Assembly (NCBI GenBank): GCA_016784175.1
Contig: JADHVC010000001.1
Span: 5,567 to 69,566 of the forward strand
Length of the DNA stretch: 64,000 nucleotides
Reading direction: 5' to 3'
DNA from: Patescibacteria group bacterium
GTDB taxonomy: Bacteria > Patescibacteriota > Patescibacteriia > Patescibacteriales > BS150m-G62
Part shown: piece after piece, positions 63,137 to 64,000 of the stretch
Layout of the letters: the number at the start of each line of letters is the position of its first letter
Numbering within the stretch: the first letter of the stretch is position 1
Notes under the pieces: generated by a model
The model's database searches: none
Told to the model about the DNA's origin: nothing
What the model saw: only the letters and a program-made list of their open reading frames with translations
Made by a program: the position numbers and the translations under genes

Positions 63137-63745
63137 TTATAGCAAAGGTATCAAAACCTCCTTTGCTCTTGGCCCTAAAAGCCAAATTTCTTCGCTTCCG
63201 TGTTCATGCTTAAAAACCAACTCCCAATTCTCTAGCTTTTTTAATGCCCTATCCAATAATATATCTGTCAGTCCGCTTATCTCATTTAAAATTTCATTTT
63301 TCGAGCTAGCTCGGTTTTTAGCGATAAGCTGCAATATCTCATGCATATAAGGACGATTCATCACATACGCATCATCAGCCTCAAATTTGCAATCTCTTGC
63401 GGCCAATAAATCCTCCAACATATCCAGCAACATCGCCCAGCGAAATCCGTAGTGTATATCAAAGCTATCTAAAGCGCTACGTCGAGCTGGATCACTTATA
63501 ACAATATCCAAGTGAAGAGCAAGCGAATGTAACTTATCAGTAGAGGCATGTCGCTTTAAAAGCAAACTAACGTTGGTTCTATAGGCAAAATCCAATACTT
63601 TAGCCCCGCACTCGCTCCATTTCTCTATATTCTCAATATGAGCTAATAAAGCATCTAGAGAATCCATTAAAGTGAAACAAAGAATTATAGGATCATCACG
63701 ATCTAAATCAAACGCTACCTTTTTATCGACATCGGGTTTAATCAT
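63137..63745 (-). CDS. hypothetical protein
   Basis: 202-aa ORF. An internal 33-bp segment is duplicated in the intergenic region at 62289-62322. Confidence 0.3.
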   Translation of the reverse strand: MIKPDVDKKVAFDLDRDDPIILCFTLMDSLDALLAHIENIEKWSECGAKVLDFAYRTNVSLLLKRHASTDKLHSLALHLDIVISDPARRSALDSFDIHYGFRWAMLLDMLEDLLAARDCKFEADDAYVMNRPYMHEILQLIAKNRASSKNEILNEISGLTDILLDRALKKLENWELVFKHEHGSEEIWLLGPRAKEVLIPLL

Positions 63746-64000
63746 TTCTATTTCCCCTTTTTATTTTAACCGTGAATAAGAGTGAAAACTGACTATTTAA
63801 AGAACATCTTTCAGCGGTCTTCTCATCTGCATGTATAGACTGATACTTCACTGCATTTTTCAGTATTCGCGAAGCTTGATTTAATGCAAATAATTACCTG
63901 CTTACCATTTGCGACTTTTTTATTGCTCCTTTAATTGTTAAAGAACAGCGCATAAATAACTCTTAAATTAATTATAGACAATTTACACAAATTTGTCAAT

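Overview
This 64-kb window is low-GC (roughly 30% by eye), gene-dense bacterial chromosome. Long ORFs are intact under the standard genetic code, so no UGA recoding is needed. The gene content suggests a reduced-genome, Patescibacteria/CPR-like organism: short IF-2, type IV pilus machinery, many glycosyltransferases and lysine-rich low-complexity tails. That assignment is inference only.

There are five blocks.

(1) 1–24.1 kb, all on the minus strand, is a type IV pilus (T4P) locus. In coordinate order it holds two minor pilin-like genes, a secreted Cys-rich GW-repeat protein, prepilin peptidase, polytopic membrane glycosyltransferases (ArnT/PMT-like GT-C, GT2-membrane fusion), two O-antigen-ligase-like (Wzy_C) proteins with TPR tails (one fused to GT2), two tandem pilin paralogs, PilC flanked by two copies of a roughly 190-bp MITE, a stand-alone response regulator, PilB, and PilP/O/N/M-like genes. 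The PilN-like protein carries a large Lys/Glu-rich extension.

(2) 24.3–40.5 kb, plus strand, is housekeeping: a PD40-like secreted protein, DsbA-like, glyA, malic enzyme, rubrerythrin, an M19 dipeptidase-like gene, thiI (minus), fpg, infB, rbfA, lgt, and an amino-acid-kinase/UMP-kinase-like gene. It also holds several hypothetical genes behind two copies of a near-consensus promoter cassette.

(3) 40.6–48.8 kb, minus strand, is a glycan biosynthesis and ABC-export locus (GT2, DegT aminotransferase, FdtA-like isomerase, methyltransferase, Wzm/Wzt). Its distal end is decayed: fcl is frameshifted in an A8 tract and truncated, only a gmd C-terminal remnant remains, and a GT1 gene survives as a C-terminal fragment.

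(4) gyrA, a methyltransferase, and a three-tRNA cluster (Arg-TCG, Met-CAT, Lys-CTT) sit in an array of tandem promoter-like repeats.

(5) 53.7–63.8 kb has visibly higher GC and lies next to the tRNAs. It carries a type I restriction–modification (RM) operon: hsdM (frameshifted in a T5 run), an embedded DUF3800 gene, hsdS, an embedded DUF4238 gene split into two ORFs, and hsdR. It also holds a lipoprotein, a hypothetical gene, and duplicated gene fragments.

No CRISPR array, rRNA or integrase was seen.
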